From Verrucomicrobiaceae bacterium (GTDB lineage: Bacteria; Verrucomicrobiota; Verrucomicrobiia; Verrucomicrobiales; Akkermansiaceae): DNA of 64,000 bases. Shown here piece by piece: positions 20,083-31,054 of the stretch. Positions within the stretch are counted from its first letter, which is position 1. Every line of letters starts with the position of its first letter. The stretch spans positions 9,906 to 73,905 of the forward strand of contig JBPOGH010000021.1 of the NCBI GenBank assembly GCA_051252135.1, given 5' to 3'. Position numbers and translations under genes: made by a program. The notes under the pieces were generated by a model. The model did not search any database. It was not told the DNA's origin and saw only the letters and a list, made by a program, of their open reading frames with translations.

Positions 20083-22191
20083 CTACTTCATCCTCTTAAG
20101 CAACGCCCCCAGCTTCTCCGGCTCGTTCACCGGCAACTGACACGTCTGCCCCACACAATAATACGCCGTCGCCTTCTCCGCCACCGGCTTCAGCCCCAGC
20201 GTAAACTCATCCAGCGGCCCGCTCGTCCCCAGCACAATCATCGTCGGATCCCAGTGCCCCGCCGCCACCGCAAGCATCTCTTCCCTCCCCGCCTCCCCCG
20301 CGATCACCAACCGCGCCGGCTTCTCCACATAAAAGTCCAGCGACCGCAGCATCTCACCCATCCCCGAGGGCGCCTCCTTCATCAGCGGCACATAAGCCCG
20401 CAGCGTCTTCTCCGCCGCCCCGTGAAAATCCTTCCGCCCCGTCATCTCCGTTAAAATGGCAAACTCCCGCGCCGCCACCGAACTCTCCGTCGGCAGCGCC
20501 GCATCAAAATCTCCCTTCAGCCGAAAAACCAAATCCTCCCGCGCCTCCCCCTGAAACACCCCCCCGTTCTTCTCATCAAAAAAGTGCACCAGCACCTTCT
20601 CCCCCAACCCGATCGCCCGCTCCAGATACGTCGGCTTCAGCGTCACCTCATACAGCTTCCGGCTCCCCCGCATGAAATGCACATAACTCTCCGCCTGCTT
20701 CGTCGCATCCTTCTCACCCTCGCGCCAGCGATGCGATAACTCCCCGTCCGCACCCAGCAGCTTCTCCTCCACAAACGCGTGCGCCTTCTCCGCCGCCTCC
20801 ACGTATTCCTTCTTCTGCAAAACAAATCCCGCCCGCGCCAGCGCCCCGATCATCAACCCGTTCCACGACGCCAAAATCTTATCATCCGTCGGCGGCGGCA
20901 CCCGCTTCAAGCGCACCTCCAGCAGCTTCCCTAAAATCCCATCCACCGCCTGCCGCTCCCCCTCTCCCAACTCCCCCCGACGCTTCGCAAAATGCAGCAC
21001 GTTCAGATTCGGCAAGGCCTCCGGATCACTGTGATCCACAAAGTTCCCCTTCTCCGTCACCCCCAGCACCTCCCGCGCCAGCACCAACTCATCTCCGGAC
21101 AACACCTCCTTCAATTCCTCCACCGTCCAACAAAAATACTTCCCTTCCTTCCCCTCGCTCTGCGCATCCCGCGCACAATAAAACCCGCCCTCCGGATGCC
21201 GCATCTCCCGCAGCACAAACTCCACCGTCCCCTCCGCCGCCTCCGCAAACCTCTTCTCCCCCGTCACCTGCCACGCATCCAAAAAGAGCTCCACCACCTG
21301 CGCCTGATCATAAAGCATCTTTTCAAAGTGCGGAATCAGCCACTCCCGATCCACCGCATACCGGTGAATCCCCCCGCCCACCTGATCGTAAATCCCCCCA
21401 TCCAGCATCCGCCGGACACTCATCAACGCCGCCTCCCGCGCCTTCTCATCACCCGCCTGCAACATCAACCGGAACACACTCGCCTGCGGAAATTTCTGAT
21501 CCTTCCCCAATCCACCCCACACCGGATCCACCTGCTCCACCGCACCCGCCACTCCATTCTTTAACAAGGTCCCCGTCAACTCACCCGCACCCGCCTCCAG
21601 CGCATGCATCCCCGCAAAATGCTTCTCCAGCTCCGCAAACCCCAAACCCGCATTCTTCGCCGTCTCCTCCGGATTCCCCTCCCACACCGCATGCACCTTC
21701 TTCAGCACCGTCTGAAATCCCGGACGCCCGCCCTCATCCTTCGGCGGAAAATACGTCCCTCCCGTCAGTGGCTTCAAATCCGGAGTCAAAAACATATTCA
21801 AGGGCCACCCGCCACCCTGACCCGTCATCGCCTGAAATGCCGTCATATAAACCTGATCCACATCCGGCCGCTCCTCCCGATCCAGCTTGATCGACACAAA
21901 GTGCTCATTCAGGTAGCTCGCAATCTCCTCATTCTCAAACGACTCCCGCTCCATCACATGACACCAGTGACAGGTCGAATAACCCACACTCAGCAAAATC
22001 AGCTTCTTCTCATCCCGCGCCTTCTTAAAAGCCTCCTCCCCCCACGGATACCAATCCACCGGATTATACGCGTGCAGAAGCAAGTAGGGCGACTTCTCCT
22101 CTAGCAACCGATTCCCCTTTTTCCCCGACTCCTCCTCCTTCGCAACAGCAGTAAGTGCCAGCGAGACCAAAATCAGCGTAATCCGTTTCAT
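20083..22191 (-). CDS. Thioredoxin-domain protein, YyaL/SSP411 family
   Basis: [52 protein letters not shown]. Confidence 0.93.
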   Translation of the reverse strand: MKRITLILVSLALTAVAKEEESGKKGNRLLEEKSPYLLLHAYNPVDWYPWGEEAFKKARDEKKLILLSVGYSTCHWCHVMERESFENEEIASYLNEHFVSIKLDREERPDVDQVYMTAFQAMTGQGGGWPLNMFLTPDLKPLTGGTYFPPKDEGGRPGFQTVLKKVHAVWEGNPEETAKNAGLGFAELEKHFAGMHALEAGAGELTGTLLKNGVAGAVEQVDPVWGGLGKDQKFPQASVFRLMLQAGDEKAREAALMSVRRMLDGGIYDQVGGGIHRYAVDREWLIPHFEKMLYDQAQVVELFLDAWQVTGEKRFAEAAEGTVEFVLREMRHPEGGFYCARDAQSEGKEGKYFCWTVEELKEVLSGDELVLAREVLGVTEKGNFVDHSDPEALPNLNVLHFAKRRGELGEGERQAVDGILGKLLEVRLKRVPPPTDDKILASWNGLMIGALARAGFVLQKKEYVEAAEKAHAFVEEKLLGADGELSHRWREGEKDATKQAESYVHFMRGSRKLYEVTLKPTYLERAIGLGEKVLVHFFDEKNGGVFQGEAREDLVFRLKGDFDAALPTESSVAAREFAILTEMTGRKDFHGAAEKTLRAYVPLMKEAPSGMGEMLRSLDFYVEKPARLVIAGEAGREEMLAVAAGHWDPTMIVLGTSGPLDEFTLGLKPVAEKATAYYCVGQTCQLPVNEPEKLGALLKRMK

Positions 22192-22344
22192 CTCAACAGC
22201 CTATTTCCGGAATCCCCCCACGCAAGCACCGGAATATGAAAGATTTTTCCAATCATAACGCATTGATTAAGAGCGTTTACCGAAATATTTCAGAAAAATG
22301 CCACTTTTGTTTGAACAGATCCCCCCCTCTGGGGTCTACTCCCT

Positions 22345-22467
22345 ATGAAAACCGCAACCTAGTCGCAGTTTTCATGTAAGGGTGAACAGCAGTTGTCAGC
22401 TTCTTAACTTTTAGTTTTGGGGTTGATTACTCAGCCGCAGGGGGTCTTCGGACCTCCTGCGGTCTTT
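22345..22467 (+). ncRNA. Candidate small RNA
   Basis: TTGAAC-N18-TCTACT promoter-like motif; 5' hairpin ATGAAAACCGC...GCAGTTTTCAT; 3' hairpin CCGCAGGGGGTC-TTCG-GACCTCCTGCGG followed by TCTTT; no meaningful ORF. Confidence 0.4.
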
Positions 22468-22607
22468 ATGTACACCCATCTCAAAATCCCTCTCCGGCAG
22501 AAAGCCTGTAAATTCTCATTCAGAGACTTGCTCCCCGCTCCCCTTGGCCTTTAACTCTGCCCCTCCCCGACCGGAAAACATTTTTCCCGGGGTCATCACT
22601 TTCCGCC

Positions 22608-24512
22608 ATGATTGAAAATATCCGCAAATACACTGGCCTCATGATCGTCGTGCTGGTCCTCCTCTTCATTGGACTCGTGTTCCTCGAGAACTCGTTCAGC
22701 AGCGCCTTCGCCGGTAAACCCGCTATGGAGGTCGCCGGCCAAAAAATCTCCGAAAAGGAATTCCGACGCAAAGCCATCAACCCCCTCGAGATCGCCACCA
22801 AGCTCGGCAACAGCTTCCTCCCCCAGGAAGCACAGGAACTCGCCAAGGAATTCGTCACCGATGACGTCATCACCTTCTCCCGCGGCTTCATGATTCAATC
22901 CATGAACATCGCCCTCGAAGGAGATCGCCCCGATCACTTCCTCGCCAACCGCATCGCCGTCCAAAAGGCCGGGATCGAATACGGAGCCACCCCTGGCCCC
23001 GAGGAAGTCGAGCGCTTCGTCGAGAACGTCCTCTTCGCCAAACCCGAAGGTGGCTTCGACCAGGAAGCCTACGCCGAGTTCATCGAGAAACGCCTCGGCT
23101 CACTCGGCATCGGCATCCGTGGATTCAACGAATACATCCGCGACCTCCTCACCGCCCAGAACCTCGCCAAGCTCATCAGCGGCGGCGTCTCCATGGACCG
23201 CGATTTCGCCCGTTCCCTCTTCCTGAACGAAAAACAACAAATCGACGTTCAGCAAATCGCCCTCGATTCCACCAACTACGAAGCGGAACAAAATCCCACC
23301 GAAGAGGAAATCAAGGCCTACTGGGAAGAAAACAAAGCCCGCTACAACACCGACGAACGTCGTAAAATTTCCTACGTCTTCATCGAGCCCGACTGGGACG
23401 CCGTCCTCGCCGACTCCCAAAAGAAAGCGGCAGAAGCCAAACAGAAAGCCGAAGAAGCTCGCAAGAAGCTCGAAGAAGAAGCCAAAAAGGCCGAAGAAGC
23501 CGCCGAAAAAGCCAATCAGGAAACCACTCCCGCCGAACAACCGGTTGAAACTCCCGCCGAAGGTGCCGAGGGACAACCCGGCCAGGAAGGTGAGTCCGCT
23601 CCCGAAGCCATTCCGGCAGTCACCACCCCCGCTCCCGTCGTCGAAGCTCCCGCTCCGGCCCCCGCCGTAAAGTCCGCCAAGGACCAACTCAAGCCTCTCG
23701 AAAAAATGGAGGCCCTCAAGGGAGAAGCACTCAACCAACAGGTTGCCGCACTCTACAACCCCCTCGTCGACCTCTCCACCAAGAAGACCTTCGCGGAACT
23801 CGCCGCAGAACTCGGCATGGAAATCATCACCACCGACTTCTTCACCCGCGCCGACCCTCCCAAGGAACTCGAGCGCTTCGCCACCAACAGCCCCCTCGGC
23901 ACCCTTGCCGATATCGCCTTCGCCATCCCCGCCGATGCCAAGGATGACCAACGCATCTCCGAGCCCTACGAAACCAGCGATGGTTGGTTTGTCGGCCAAC
24001 TCGAAGAAGCCGAGCTCTCCCGCCCGCTCACCTACGAGGAAGCCAAGGTCAACGCCACCGTCGACCTCAAAAAACAACTCGCTCGCGAGAAACTCAAAGT
24101 CGAAGCCGAAGCCACCCACGCCAAGCTCAACGCCGCTCTCGCCGAAGGGAAATCCTTTGAAGAAGCCGCCAAGGAATTGGAACTCACCGTCACCAAGCTT
24201 GAAAAACTTGCCGTCAGCCCCAACCGCGGAGCCGCTCCCAGTGTTCCTCCCGCATTCGAGGCCGCACGATTCGCAGAGGTCGGCACCATCGCCAGCCCCC
24301 AGTTCATCCCCGGCAGCGACAACCCGGAGCGCGCCCTCATCGTCTTCGTCGAAAACCGCCAGGTCACTGTCGATGAAGCCTTCTCAAACCAACTGGACAA
24401 CTACATCCAATCCCAATCCTCCAGCCTCCAACTCGCCACCTTCCAAAACTGGCTCCGCGATCGCTACCGGGAAAACGAAGTCCAAACCTTCATCAACCTC
24501 TCCGATCAATAA
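22608..24512 (+). CDS. PpiD/SurA N-terminal domain periplasmic chaperone
   Basis: MIENIRK plus TM anchor; 'PTEEEIKAYWEENKARY..DERRKISYV'; 'FAELAAELG'. Confidence 0.75.
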   Translation: MIENIRKYTGLMIVVLVLLFIGLVFLENSFSSAFAGKPAMEVAGQKISEKEFRRKAINPLEIATKLGNSFLPQEAQELAKEFVTDDVITFSRGFMIQSMNIALEGDRPDHFLANRIAVQKAGIEYGATPGPEEVERFVENVLFAKPEGGFDQEAYAEFIEKRLGSLGIGIRGFNEYIRDLLTAQNLAKLISGGVSMDRDFARSLFLNEKQQIDVQQIALDSTNYEAEQNPTEEEIKAYWEENKARYNTDERRKISYVFIEPDWDAVLADSQKKAAEAKQKAEEARKKLEEEAKKAEEAAEKANQETTPAEQPVETPAEGAEGQPGQEGESAPEAIPAVTTPAPVVEAPAPAPAVKSAKDQLKPLEKMEALKGEALNQQVAALYNPLVDLSTKKTFAELAAELGMEIITTDFFTRADPPKELERFATNSPLGTLADIAFAIPADAKDDQRISEPYETSDGWFVGQLEEAELSRPLTYEEAKVNATVDLKKQLAREKLKVEAEATHAKLNAALAEGKSFEEAAKELELTVTKLEKLAVSPNRGAAPSVPPAFEAARFAEVGTIASPQFIPGSDNPERALIVFVENRQVTVDEAFSNQLDNYIQSQSSSLQLATFQNWLRDRYRENEVQTFINLSDQ

Positions 24513-24520
24513 TTACCCGC

Positions 24521-24865
24521 ATGGCTGACATCGCTGCCAGAGACGCCGCTCTCGAGCGAGGTCATACCCATCTTGCCCTCGGCGAACTCGAACAAGCCGA
24601 GATCGCCTACCGGGAAGTCACCGAGGCCGACCCCGATTTCTTCGACGGCTGGCAGGCCCTCGCCATGGTCCTCCTCAAGCTCAACAGAGTGAAGGAAGCC
24701 ATCGGCTCCGGCATCATGGCCACCACCCTCGAGCCCGACGACCTCCTCGCCTGGACCGGCCTCTCCCAAATGTACGTCCAGGACGGCCAAATCGCCGAGG
24801 CCGAAGCCGCCAAAGCCAACGCCCGCATCCTCTCCATGGGAGGAAAAGTCTCCAAACTCAAATAA
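24521..24865 (+). CDS. Small TPR protein
   Basis: Three TPR-like helical repeats. Confidence 0.8.
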   Translation: MADIAARDAALERGHTHLALGELEQAEIAYREVTEADPDFFDGWQALAMVLLKLNRVKEAIGSGIMATTLEPDDLLAWTGLSQMYVQDGQIAEAEAAKANARILSMGGKVSKLK

Positions 24866-24942
24866 GTTTTCAGTTAACAGTTTCCAGTTGGCAGTTCAAC
24901 AAGAGCGCCACTGTCAACTGTCGACTGCCCACTGAAATCTGA
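24866..24942. repeat. Inverted heptamer tandem repeats (CAGTTnn)x4 / (ACTGnnn)x4
   Basis: cagttaa cagtttc cagttgg cagttca ... actgtca actgtcg actgccc actgaaa. Confidence 0.6.
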
Positions 24943-24943
24943 C

Positions 24944-26506
24944 ATGAAATTCATCACCACCGCCATCGACTACCCCAACGGCAAACCCCACATCGGCCAC
25001 GCCTACGAGAAAATCCTCGCCGATGTCCTCACCCGCTACACCCGCCTCAAGGGCGAACAAGCCTATTACCTCACCGGAGTCGACCAACACGGGCAAAAAA
25101 TGGTCAAAACTGCCGAGGCCGAAGGCGTAAACGTCGCCACCATCGCCAAGCGCAACACCAAAGGCTTCCTCAAACTCTGGGAAAAACTCGACGTCAAATA
25201 TGACGGCTGGGCTGAAACCACCGACCACAAACACAAAGCCTGCGTCCAGGCCATCCTCACCGACCTTCAGGAAAAAGGACAACTCTACAAAAAATCCTAC
25301 GCCGGATTCTACTCCGTCCGCCAGGAACAATTCCTCACCGACCGCGACCGCAACGAAGAAGGAAACTTCGGCTCCGAATGGGGCGAGGTCATGGAAATCG
25401 AAGAGGAAAACTGGTACTTCAAACTTTCCGATCACGCCGACTGGCTCAAATCCACCGTCGAAAACGACGACCTCAAAATCATCCCCGAATTCCGCAAGGC
25501 CGAAGTCCTCAACGCCATCGAGCGCGCTGGCGACACCGACCTCTGCATCTCCCGCCCCAAAGATCGCCTCTCCTGGGGAATCCCCCTCCCCTTCGATCCG
25601 GACTTCGTCACCTACGTCTGGTTCGATGCCCTCATCAACTACATCTCCTTCGCCGGATACAAAAAACCCGAAACCTCCGACCTCCCGGACTTCGACACCC
25701 TCTGGCCCGCCGACCTCCAGATCATCGGAAAAGACATCCTCGTCCCCGCCCACGCCATCTACTGGCCATGCATGCTCCACGCCATGGGCTTCGAATCCTC
25801 CGACATGCCCACCCTCCTCGTCCACGGATTCTGGAACATCAAAGGCGACAAAATGTCCAAATCCCTCGGAAACATCGTCGATCCCGATGAACTCGCCGAC
25901 AAGTTCGGCCCCGACACCCTCCGCTACTACCTCTGCCGTGACATCAAATCCGGACGCGATAGCGACTTCGACATCGAACGCCTCGTCATGCTCTTCAACA
26001 CCGAGCTCGCCAACGACCTCGGCAACCTCCTCAACCGGTCCATCAACATGACCAAGGGCTTCTGCAACTCCACCATCAGTGCCACCGACACCACCGATGA
26101 CGGAGACATCGCCCTCCGCGAATCCCTCGCCAACTCCACCGCCGCCTACCGCGCCGCCATGGACAACTGCGAGGTCTCCGAAGCCCTCCAGGCCATCAAC
26201 GACCACGTCACCCACTGCAACGGCTACCTTGAGCGCAACAAACCCTGGGAAATGAAAAAGGACGAAGCCAAACTCCCCCGCGTCGGCGAAGTCCTCTCCC
26301 ACACCGCGGAATCCTGCGCCCACCTCGCCCTCCTCCTCCGCCCCATCCTCCCCCAGGCCGCCGATAAAATCTTCGGCCAGCTCAACAAACCAACCCTCGC
26401 CGACCTCACCCTCGACGACCTCAAATGGGGCCTCCTCGAACCCGGCCACCAAACCGGAAAACCCAAACCCGTCTTTCCAAGAATCCAAATTGAGGAAAAA
26501 GATTAA
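24944..26506 (+). CDS. metG: Methionine--tRNA ligase (short form)
   Basis: ITTAIDYPNGKPHIGH, TYVWFDALINY, KMSKS. Confidence 0.96.
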   Translation: MKFITTAIDYPNGKPHIGHAYEKILADVLTRYTRLKGEQAYYLTGVDQHGQKMVKTAEAEGVNVATIAKRNTKGFLKLWEKLDVKYDGWAETTDHKHKACVQAILTDLQEKGQLYKKSYAGFYSVRQEQFLTDRDRNEEGNFGSEWGEVMEIEEENWYFKLSDHADWLKSTVENDDLKIIPEFRKAEVLNAIERAGDTDLCISRPKDRLSWGIPLPFDPDFVTYVWFDALINYISFAGYKKPETSDLPDFDTLWPADLQIIGKDILVPAHAIYWPCMLHAMGFESSDMPTLLVHGFWNIKGDKMSKSLGNIVDPDELADKFGPDTLRYYLCRDIKSGRDSDFDIERLVMLFNTELANDLGNLLNRSINMTKGFCNSTISATDTTDDGDIALRESLANSTAAYRAAMDNCEVSEALQAINDHVTHCNGYLERNKPWEMKKDEAKLPRVGEVLSHTAESCAHLALLLRPILPQAADKIFGQLNKPTLADLTLDDLKWGLLEPGHQTGKPKPVFPRIQIEEKD

Positions 26507-26520
26507 CCCTTCTTCTTAAC

Positions 26521-27108
26521 ATGAACCTTAGCAACCTTCTCTCCACAGCTCTCTCGCTGGGTATCACCGCGCACGCCTCCGCTGCCATCACCGTCACCGG
26601 ATACAACTACCTCAGCAGCCCTTCTTCCCCATACACCGACTCCGGAAGCGAACTCACCGATGAAGTCGATGCCGTCCCCGCCTGGGGTTCCGGATTCGAC
26701 CCCTCAGACATCACTCCATTCTGTGGCTGGCAGGCCGGAGAACCCTCCATCAACTTTCAGTTCGCTTCCGCCACCATCCAATCCTTCGAGGTCTGGGTCG
26801 CCGACTCCAATGGCGCCCGTGGAGTCGCCGTCCCTGATACCATCACCATCCGCACCTCGGATTCCTCCTTCTCCCAGACCTTCAATGTCGTCGATCCCGC
26901 AGGAGACAGCCAGACCGTCAGACTCCACTTCAGTGGCTTCTCCGTAAATACCGATCACCTCATTCTCGAATCGGCCGATAACTCCTCCGTTCAATGGACC
27001 ATGCTTACCGAAGTCCGCTTTTTCGAAACCGTCCCCGAACCCGGATCCTCCCTCCTCATCCTCATCGCAACAGCGCCACTCCTCCTTTCACGCCGCAGAG
27101 CTCGATAA
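26521..27108 (+). CDS. PEP-CTERM protein (discoidin-like)
   Basis: Signal peptide; C-terminal VPEPGSSLLILIATAPLLLSRRRAR. Confidence 0.9.
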   Translation: MNLSNLLSTALSLGITAHASAAITVTGYNYLSSPSSPYTDSGSELTDEVDAVPAWGSGFDPSDITPFCGWQAGEPSINFQFASATIQSFEVWVADSNGARGVAVPDTITIRTSDSSFSQTFNVVDPAGDSQTVRLHFSGFSVNTDHLILESADNSSVQWTMLTEVRFFETVPEPGSSLLILIATAPLLLSRRRAR

Positions 27109-27256
27109 GGACCACAATCAGGAAGCTTGAAAATCAAGCTATCCAAAGGAAATTCACCCTGCTGCTTTGGTGTTTTGACGCCTCGCTCCTCACATAATTT
27201 CTTGACTCCCTCCCTCCCCATCCCTATTCCCCGCGTCCCGCAAACTTTTTATTGTT

Positions 27257-27721
27257 ATGGCTGCCACTGAAGTAATTCTCCGCGAAAAAATTAATGGCCT
27301 CGGCGTCGAAGCTGAAGTCGTCAAAGTAAAGGCTGGCTATGCCCGCAATTTCCTCATCCCTAAAGGCAAGGCTTATGAAGCCACCAAGGGAAACCTCCGC
27401 CAGATTGAGAACCTCGAAAAAGCCCGCGTCCAGCGCGAGGCCGGCGAGCTCAAGATCGCCCAGGACCTCGCCGGCAAGATCGCCCGCCTCAAGCCCAAGT
27501 TCACCCTCGAAATTGGCGCCAACGGCAAGGCCTTCGGCTCCGTCACTTCCATCGACATCCACAAGGCTCTCGAGGAAAAAGGCATCGAAATCGACCGCAC
27601 CGCAATCCTCCTCGACAAGCCCATCAAGACTTCCGGCAAGACCGACGTCGAAGTGAAGCTTCACGCTGATGTCACCACTTCCGTGACCATCACCGTCCAG
27701 TCCCCTGAGACGGCCGAGTAA
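27257..27721 (+). CDS. rplI: 50S ribosomal protein L9
   Basis: GLGVEAEVVKVKAGYARNFLIPKGKA, KAFGSVT. Confidence 0.97.
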   Translation: MAATEVILREKINGLGVEAEVVKVKAGYARNFLIPKGKAYEATKGNLRQIENLEKARVQREAGELKIAQDLAGKIARLKPKFTLEIGANGKAFGSVTSIDIHKALEEKGIEIDRTAILLDKPIKTSGKTDVEVKLHADVTTSVTITVQSPETAE

Positions 27722-27748
27722 CAACTTTCATTGGATTCATTTTCAAAG

Positions 27749-27776
27749 AAGCCCGGTAGCAATACCGGGCTTTTTT
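27749..27776 (+). terminator. Rho-independent terminator after rplI
   Basis: AAGCCCGGTA-GCAA-TACCGGGC-TTTTTT. Confidence 0.85.
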
Positions 27777-27797
27777 GTGTCCTCCCCCCAGCGGGAT

Positions 27798-28441
27798 CTA
27801 ATCACAGGAATACCCCTTCGAGACCACCCTACCGTCCCGCATCACCAAAAAGATCCCCTCGCAATTCGGCTCCCGATACTCCTCGGAGTTCATAAAAAAA
27901 CCAAGAGAGTCCTCCTTATACCAAGTAGAGTTTCAAAATAGCGGAATGCCGAAGTGATTTCTTGAGAGAGCAAGGCATGACGAGGGCGTGGTCTGGAGAC
28001 CACAACCGAGGAAAAACGCCGCTATCTCAAGAAAGCGCTCGGCTTTATCAACTCCACAAAGTGCTGTTCAAAAATGAGCCCTTAAATCAAACATTCCGCT
28101 ATTTTGGAACTCGGAGTGGTATTATCATCCATCACCACCGGCCTCCCCCGCTCCCCACCCTCCGGATAGAGCCGGACCACCTCGTCAAAAACCTCCGCCT
28201 TCGTCATCCCCGGTTCAATCGCATGGTAAAAACTCCGGTAAACCCGAAACCGCGCGTCCGCCATCCACTGGTTCAGAGCCAGCAGAAAAAACGCCGAAGT
28301 CACCAACACCCCCACCCCAAAGAAGGAAACCACCCATCGCACCCACCCCTTCCGGCGAAAACCAAAAACGATCAATCCAAGGGCCACCACGATCCCAAAG
28401 ATCGCCACCCAACTGACTGCCGGACTCAGTGAAGTATCCAT
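27798..28441 (-). pseudogene. Small membrane protein gene (145 aa when restored) interrupted by MITE B
   Basis: Removing 27919-28121 plus one TTA joins ...RPVVMDD to KEDSLGFFMNSEEYREPNCEGIFLVMRDGRVVSKGYSCD* in frame. Confidence 0.8.
27919..28121. mobile_element. MITE family B (203 bp, 30-bp imperfect TIR, TTA target duplication)
   Basis: Left end TACCAAGTAGAGTTTCAAAATAGCGGAATG; reverse complement of right end TACCACTCCGAGTTCCAAAATAGCGGAATG; TTA at 27916-27918 and 28122-28124. Confidence 0.85.
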
Positions 28442-28456
28442 CTCTCGGAGCTGATC

Positions 28457-31054
28457 TTAAAATAGGTTCCGCTGCCTCTTCCACACCATCAACATCCCCA
28501 GAAGCCCCAGCAACGCGGTCGAGGGCTCCGGAATCCCCGGAATCTTGGGAGTCGCACTCGCATCCACCTGCTCCAAACCAAATCGCTTATACTGCGCCTT
28601 CGTCTCCAGCACCACCGCACCACTCACCGGCGTCACCAGCTGATACCGTGCCGCCAGCTTCGCCAACTCATCGTAATTTGAAGTCTCCAGCGAAGCCTTC
28701 TTCACCTCCTGCCACACCCGCCACCGCGCCAACTGATCCCACACCTTCACCGCCCCCTCCGGAATCTCTCCCGCCGCCCTCCTCTCCCAACGATCCCCCT
28801 TCTCCGGAGGCGCAATCAATCGCAACAACTCCTTCTCCAGCTCACCGGGACCACCCGGACGCGCACTCCCCGCAATCCCCACCCGCTTCGCCGCCTTCTC
28901 CAAAAGCCGGTTCGGCCCGCCATCCAAATCCACCACACTAAAAGGCACCTGATGAAAGCCGCGCTCCAAAAGCTGCAAAAAACCCTCCTCACTCCGGAAC
29001 GCAATCGGCTGCGCCCCATGCACCCACACCAGCTGCGTCGCCTTCATCTCCGCCGCCAACCCAAGCCCCCGCTCCAGCGCCGGAATACAATCCTGCCCAC
29101 CCACAAATTCCAGCCCCTCCAACTCGTCCACCTCCAAAACCTCTTCCCCCACCGCTGCCACCACCAACACCTCATGCCCCTCCCCTCTCAAGGCCGCCAC
29201 CGCACCCTCAAACGCTCGCGCCCATTCCGAAAAATAAGCCGAACCATCCACCACCAACACCACCGTCTCCGCTCTCTTCCCCCGCACACCATCCTCCCGC
29301 GTTCTCACCACCACCTCTTCCCCCTCCTGCGCAAACGGATCCTCCGTCCACACCACCTCCGGCTGCTCGCCCGGATAACACCTCACGTGGGAATGACGCC
29401 CCATCAACTCCTTGACCGTGATCGTGCCGTGCCTCTCCCGCCACTTGTCCTTCGCCCCCTTGCCCTGCAGCCCCTCCATTTCCATCTCCAGATCACCCTG
29501 GATAAACACACTCGTCTCCAGCTCACCCGACACCCCGAAGTTCTTCTCGATCAATCGCGGCAAAAACAACCGATCCTCCTCATCCAGCGGAGCCGTCATC
29601 CCGATCCGAATCTTCATCTTCCCGCGCGAGGGCACCGGAAAACACTGCGCCATAATCCGGTCCGCACCCACCCACCGCACCAAAACCGGATCCCTCCGCT
29701 CCCGCACCGCAATCGTCTTGTAGGCCTTCGTCACTTTTGACGTCGATGAAAATGCCGCCTCCTCGGGCTCGCCATTCACCCAAAGCGTCAACCGCGATAC
29801 CACCCCCTCCTTCGGCAACAATATCTGCATCCGCGCCTCCTGATCCCACCCCGCCTCATTCTCAAATTCCAGCGTCCACTCCCAATACCCCAACCGACTG
29901 GCCGAATCCACATGCCCGTCCAGCCGCGACGCATGCAGCTCCAGCCCCGCCAGCCGCGCCGACACCCCGTCACCTCCATGATTCTCATCAAACACCACCC
30001 CGCTGCTCCCCCTCCCGAAACCCATCATCGAATCCTCAAGACGCTCCGAGTCCGATGACCGCCCCGTCACCCGATAATAAAACTCCCTGCGCTTCTCCCG
30101 CTCCTTTGCCGTCACCGACAACCTCCCATCGATGGACGCATAACTCCCCAGATTCGTCACAAATCCCGTCGTATCGGTAAACGACTTCCGCCCCACCGAC
30201 CCCTCATAACACATCGCCAACAAGGTCCCCTCCGCCCCCATCTTCCGGGCCAAGCCCGGATCATCCGCCGCCACCGCATACCGCGAAACATAAGCCGGCC
30301 CCTCCACAATCAACAACAACCCCAATCCCAGGAGCAACCCCACCAACCACGGCCCCTTCAGCCTCGAAAACTCCGCCCCCCTGATCAGCCCGTAACAAAG
30401 ATAAATCGGCGCCGCCGCCGCCAAGGCACACAGCAAAAAGATCGGAATCATCAACAGACCGATCCCCGCGGACATCGCGATCCCCATCGCATAAAACACC
30501 GTTCCCACCGCCAAAACAGGCACCGCCAACAACCCCCAATACCCCGCCACCACCGCCCCCGCTCCCCGCAGCACCGCAACCCACCCGGAGGACCCCTGCC
30601 CCAGACGCAGCACCCCCAATACCGCCACCCCCAGCACCAACACCACCTGCGGCAACCGCGACATCGGATCAAAAAACATCGTCGCCAGAGTCCCCGTAAT
30701 CATCTCAAAGATCACCACCAGCAACGGCCAGATCGTATAAAAAAACGGATGCTTAAACAGATCCACCACCCCTCTCCAAAAGCCACCCGCCTTCCCCTCC
30801 TCAGCCTGTCCATGAATCAAAATAGCCGGCTCCAATCCCGGCAATCCCATCTCCGCAACCGCCCCCTCCACTTCCTCAAGCGTCACCAACGCCCCACCCT
30901 CTCCCCGCGCCCGCCACAAATGAGCCTCCAGATCCTCCCGTATCTCACCCGCATCCGCTCCCTCCAGCTCCCATCCCGCACGATTCCGCGCCACCCAACC
31001 TTCGAGCGCTTTCCTTGCTTCCTCCGTGAGCCATTGTTCCTTCTCCTTGTTCAT
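28457..31054 (-). CDS. Integral-membrane VIT-domain protein with PEP-CTERM
   Basis: N-terminal HAAS-like helix pair, about 6 TM helices, VIT-like 'EWTLEFEN...EARMQILLPKEGVVSRLTLWVNG', 'YQLVTPVSGAVVLET', C-terminal IPEPSTALLGLLGMLMVWKRQR. Confidence 0.85.
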   Translation of the reverse strand: MNKEKEQWLTEEARKALEGWVARNRAGWELEGADAGEIREDLEAHLWRARGEGGALVTLEEVEGAVAEMGLPGLEPAILIHGQAEEGKAGGFWRGVVDLFKHPFFYTIWPLLVVIFEMITGTLATMFFDPMSRLPQVVLVLGVAVLGVLRLGQGSSGWVAVLRGAGAVVAGYWGLLAVPVLAVGTVFYAMGIAMSAGIGLLMIPIFLLCALAAAAPIYLCYGLIRGAEFSRLKGPWLVGLLLGLGLLLIVEGPAYVSRYAVAADDPGLARKMGAEGTLLAMCYEGSVGRKSFTDTTGFVTNLGSYASIDGRLSVTAKEREKRREFYYRVTGRSSDSERLEDSMMGFGRGSSGVVFDENHGGDGVSARLAGLELHASRLDGHVDSASRLGYWEWTLEFENEAGWDQEARMQILLPKEGVVSRLTLWVNGEPEEAAFSSTSKVTKAYKTIAVRERRDPVLVRWVGADRIMAQCFPVPSRGKMKIRIGMTAPLDEEDRLFLPRLIEKNFGVSGELETSVFIQGDLEMEMEGLQGKGAKDKWRERHGTITVKELMGRHSHVRCYPGEQPEVVWTEDPFAQEGEEVVVRTREDGVRGKRAETVVLVVDGSAYFSEWARAFEGAVAALRGEGHEVLVVAAVGEEVLEVDELEGLEFVGGQDCIPALERGLGLAAEMKATQLVWVHGAQPIAFRSEEGFLQLLERGFHQVPFSVVDLDGGPNRLLEKAAKRVGIAGSARPGGPGELEKELLRLIAPPEKGDRWERRAAGEIPEGAVKVWDQLARWRVWQEVKKASLETSNYDELAKLAARYQLVTPVSGAVVLETKAQYKRFGLEQVDASATPKIPGIPEPSTALLGLLGMLMVWKRQRNLF

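Noticed and set aside
17570..24942. CRISPR array at the short intergenic repeats
   Set aside because: Units are 6-7 bp without unique spacers, and no cas genes were seen.
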